A DNA stretch of 64,000 nt, taken from assembly GCA_963818115.1 (NCBI GenBank), contig CAWFQZ010000032.1:14274-78273 (forward strand). Reading direction: 5' to 3'. This document shows, piece by piece, positions 62,752 to 64,000 of the stretch (the first letter of the stretch is position 1; each line of letters begins with the position of its first letter). The position numbers and the translations under genes are program-made. This stretch comes from an uncultured Acidobacteriota bacterium. GTDB taxonomy: Bacteria > Acidobacteriota > Terriglobia > Terriglobales > Acidobacteriaceae. Below the pieces are notes generated by a model. That model made no database searches. It saw nothing but the letters and a program-made list of their open reading frames with translations, and was not told where the DNA came from.

Positions 62752-63999
62752 TCAGTTCTTTGCGACTTTTGGCTCGCTTTTCGGGAGCAGATCCGACGAT
62801 GGGAGCTTCGCATCGAAGAGCAAGTTGAAGAAGCCGACCATCATTTCGTCGGAGTTTTGCTGGCCCCAGATCACGGTCTTGGTGGGATCGGGATTCTCAG
62901 GATTGTCGGGTGAATTGTCGAAGTGGGCGGTGCACTCGATGGTTGTTCCCCTGGGAAGAGTGATCGGTTCAGCGAGGTTGTACCAAAGCTGCCAGTGCCA
63001 ATTGTAGGCGGGGACTTTGAGAAGCGTCTGCGTCTGGCCGTCGGGAAATTTCAGGCGATATTCGAAATCCTTGCCGCGCGTGTGCATATGAGGGTGCAAC
63101 GAAACGAGCTTGACCTCTCTCGGAACTTCGAAGGAAGCATCGACGCGGTAATTTGGATCTCCAGGCGGAATCTTGAAAGTGCCGTTCACGGCCGAGAGCG
63201 TCAGAACACGGTTTTTTGGCGGCTCTTTTGCAAAGATGATTCCCACCCTCGTCTGGTCGGTGGTGGCCTTGCCGTTGGGCGTGTAATGAACTTCGAGGAC
63301 GATGTCGGAACCGGCTTTGATCAGCTTCGCCTGGCCGGGCTGCAAGATTTCTGCCGACTGACCGGGGGCGTAGCCGACGAGGAAGTCGCTGGGGAGAGCG
63401 CTGGTGTCGTTCTTTTCGTTCTGCTTTGGCGGCGGGGCTTCGAAGAAAACTCCGGGCTTCTGGCCTTTGAAGTAGTTCGATCCGGGCTCGCGCACGTACG
63501 CGATGATGTGATGTACCACCGAGCGATCGGTGGGACGCGCCTCGGCCGCCTGTACCCATTTGTCTTCGGTGAATCCAGTAGGCAGGATGACGTATTGATA
63601 TTCCACCATGCCGGAATCAGGAACTGAATAAGCGTGTGGAAGCTGGAAAACTACGTCGGGCTTTGGGATGCCCCAACCTTCTACGAAATTCGCAGGCGCA
63701 GGCATGTCTTTTGGATCACCTTGCGGTGCGCCGGCATTCGCCCACGCGAGGATCGTGCTGATCTCTTTGTCGGTCAGGGAGCGGTCGTTTGAGAAATGTC
63801 CGTAAGAAGGATCAGCGAACCACGGCGGCATCATCTTCTGTTTCACGACGCGCTTCATGCTGGCCGCCCAGGGGCGCGCCTGCTCGTACGTCAGCAGAGG
63901 AAACGGCGCGGCTTCGCCGGGGCGATGGCAGGTTTGGCAGTGTTGCTGAAGGATGGGCGCGACGTCTTTGGTGAACGTGACGCTGGGGGTTTGCGAAAC
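62752..63999 (-). CDS. Cytochrome c domain fused to a copper type II ascorbate-dependent monooxygenase-like (PHM/DBH-like) domain; 5' end outside the window
   Basis: The frame stays open upstream of the track Met to the window edge and encodes FTKDVAPILQQHCQTCHRPGEAAPF (CxxCH heme motif). His-rich Cu motifs are present (VVHHIIAY, HPHMHTRG), plus ..TAHFDNS... Confidence 0.75.
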   Translation of the reverse strand, partial: VSQTPSVTFTKDVAPILQQHCQTCHRPGEAAPFPLLTYEQARPWAASMKRVVKQKMMPPWFADPSYGHFSNDRSLTDKEISTILAWANAGAPQGDPKDMPAPANFVEGWGIPKPDVVFQLPHAYSVPDSGMVEYQYVILPTGFTEDKWVQAAEARPTDRSVVHHIIAYVREPGSNYFKGQKPGVFFEAPPPKQNEKNDTSALPSDFLVGYAPGQSAEILQPGQAKLIKAGSDIVLEVHYTPNGKATTDQTRVGIIFAKEPPKNRVLTLSAVNGTFKIPPGDPNYRVDASFEVPREVKLVSLHPHMHTRGKDFEYRLKFPDGQTQTLLKVPAYNWHWQLWYNLAEPITLPRGTTIECTAHFDNSPDNPENPDPTKTVIWGQQNSDEMMVGFFNLLFDAKLPSSDLLPKSEPKVAKN

Positions 64000-64000
64000 G

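Noticed and set aside
1-64000. A search for tRNA, rRNA, tmRNA, RNase P RNA and SRP RNA signatures in all intergenic spacers.
   Set aside because: No T-loop/acceptor patterns (GGTTCGAATCC-type followed by a CCA context) or other conserved cores were seen outside coding sequence. None is reported.

Overview
The window looks like a chromosomal segment from a high-GC soil bacterium. Gene content suggests Acidobacteriota (Terriglobia-like): giant carboxypeptidase-regulatory-domain TonB receptors, a Gloeo_Verruco repeat protein, a PEP-CTERM-like tail, an S53 sedolisin and BNR proteins. That taxonomic call is an inference and was not checked against any database. About 50 protein genes are supportable. 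They include two tandem TonB-dependent receptor paralogs, serS, pyrD, msrA, hom, modA, a phoB-phoR-phoU cluster, and a purine/SAM salvage cluster (ADA2-like deaminase, PNP, DUF62 SAM hydrolase). Many secreted hydrolases are also present. I saw no rRNA, tRNA or CRISPR array.

The observations most worth a second look are:
1. Two unrelated genes (hom and a CGNR/ABATE regulator) have conserved N-termini that can only be reached from an ATC codon. In both, the ATC sits exactly 7 nt after a GAGGA Shine-Dalgarno.
2. Several families of short GC-rich hairpin (REP-like) repeats occur in the window. Two families also occur in frame inside the hydantoinase gene, where they appear to make up an extra protein segment.
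3. The two TonB receptor paralogs share a conserved ~105-nt 5' leader with two hairpins.
4. A visibly lower-GC accessory island lies at about 41.9-46.3 kb. It carries a DUF1398 gene, a methyltransferase with an odd N-terminal extension, a truncated IS110 transposase, an island-specific repeat (GTCAATGAGTGAAAT...) and a 151-bp tandem AT-rich unit.
5. The SAM hydrolase and the adenosine deaminase both appear to be exported.
6. A small secreted protein has three Cys-framed modules and Asp/His-rich ends.

All homology calls come from reading the translations by eye. No searches or computations were run.
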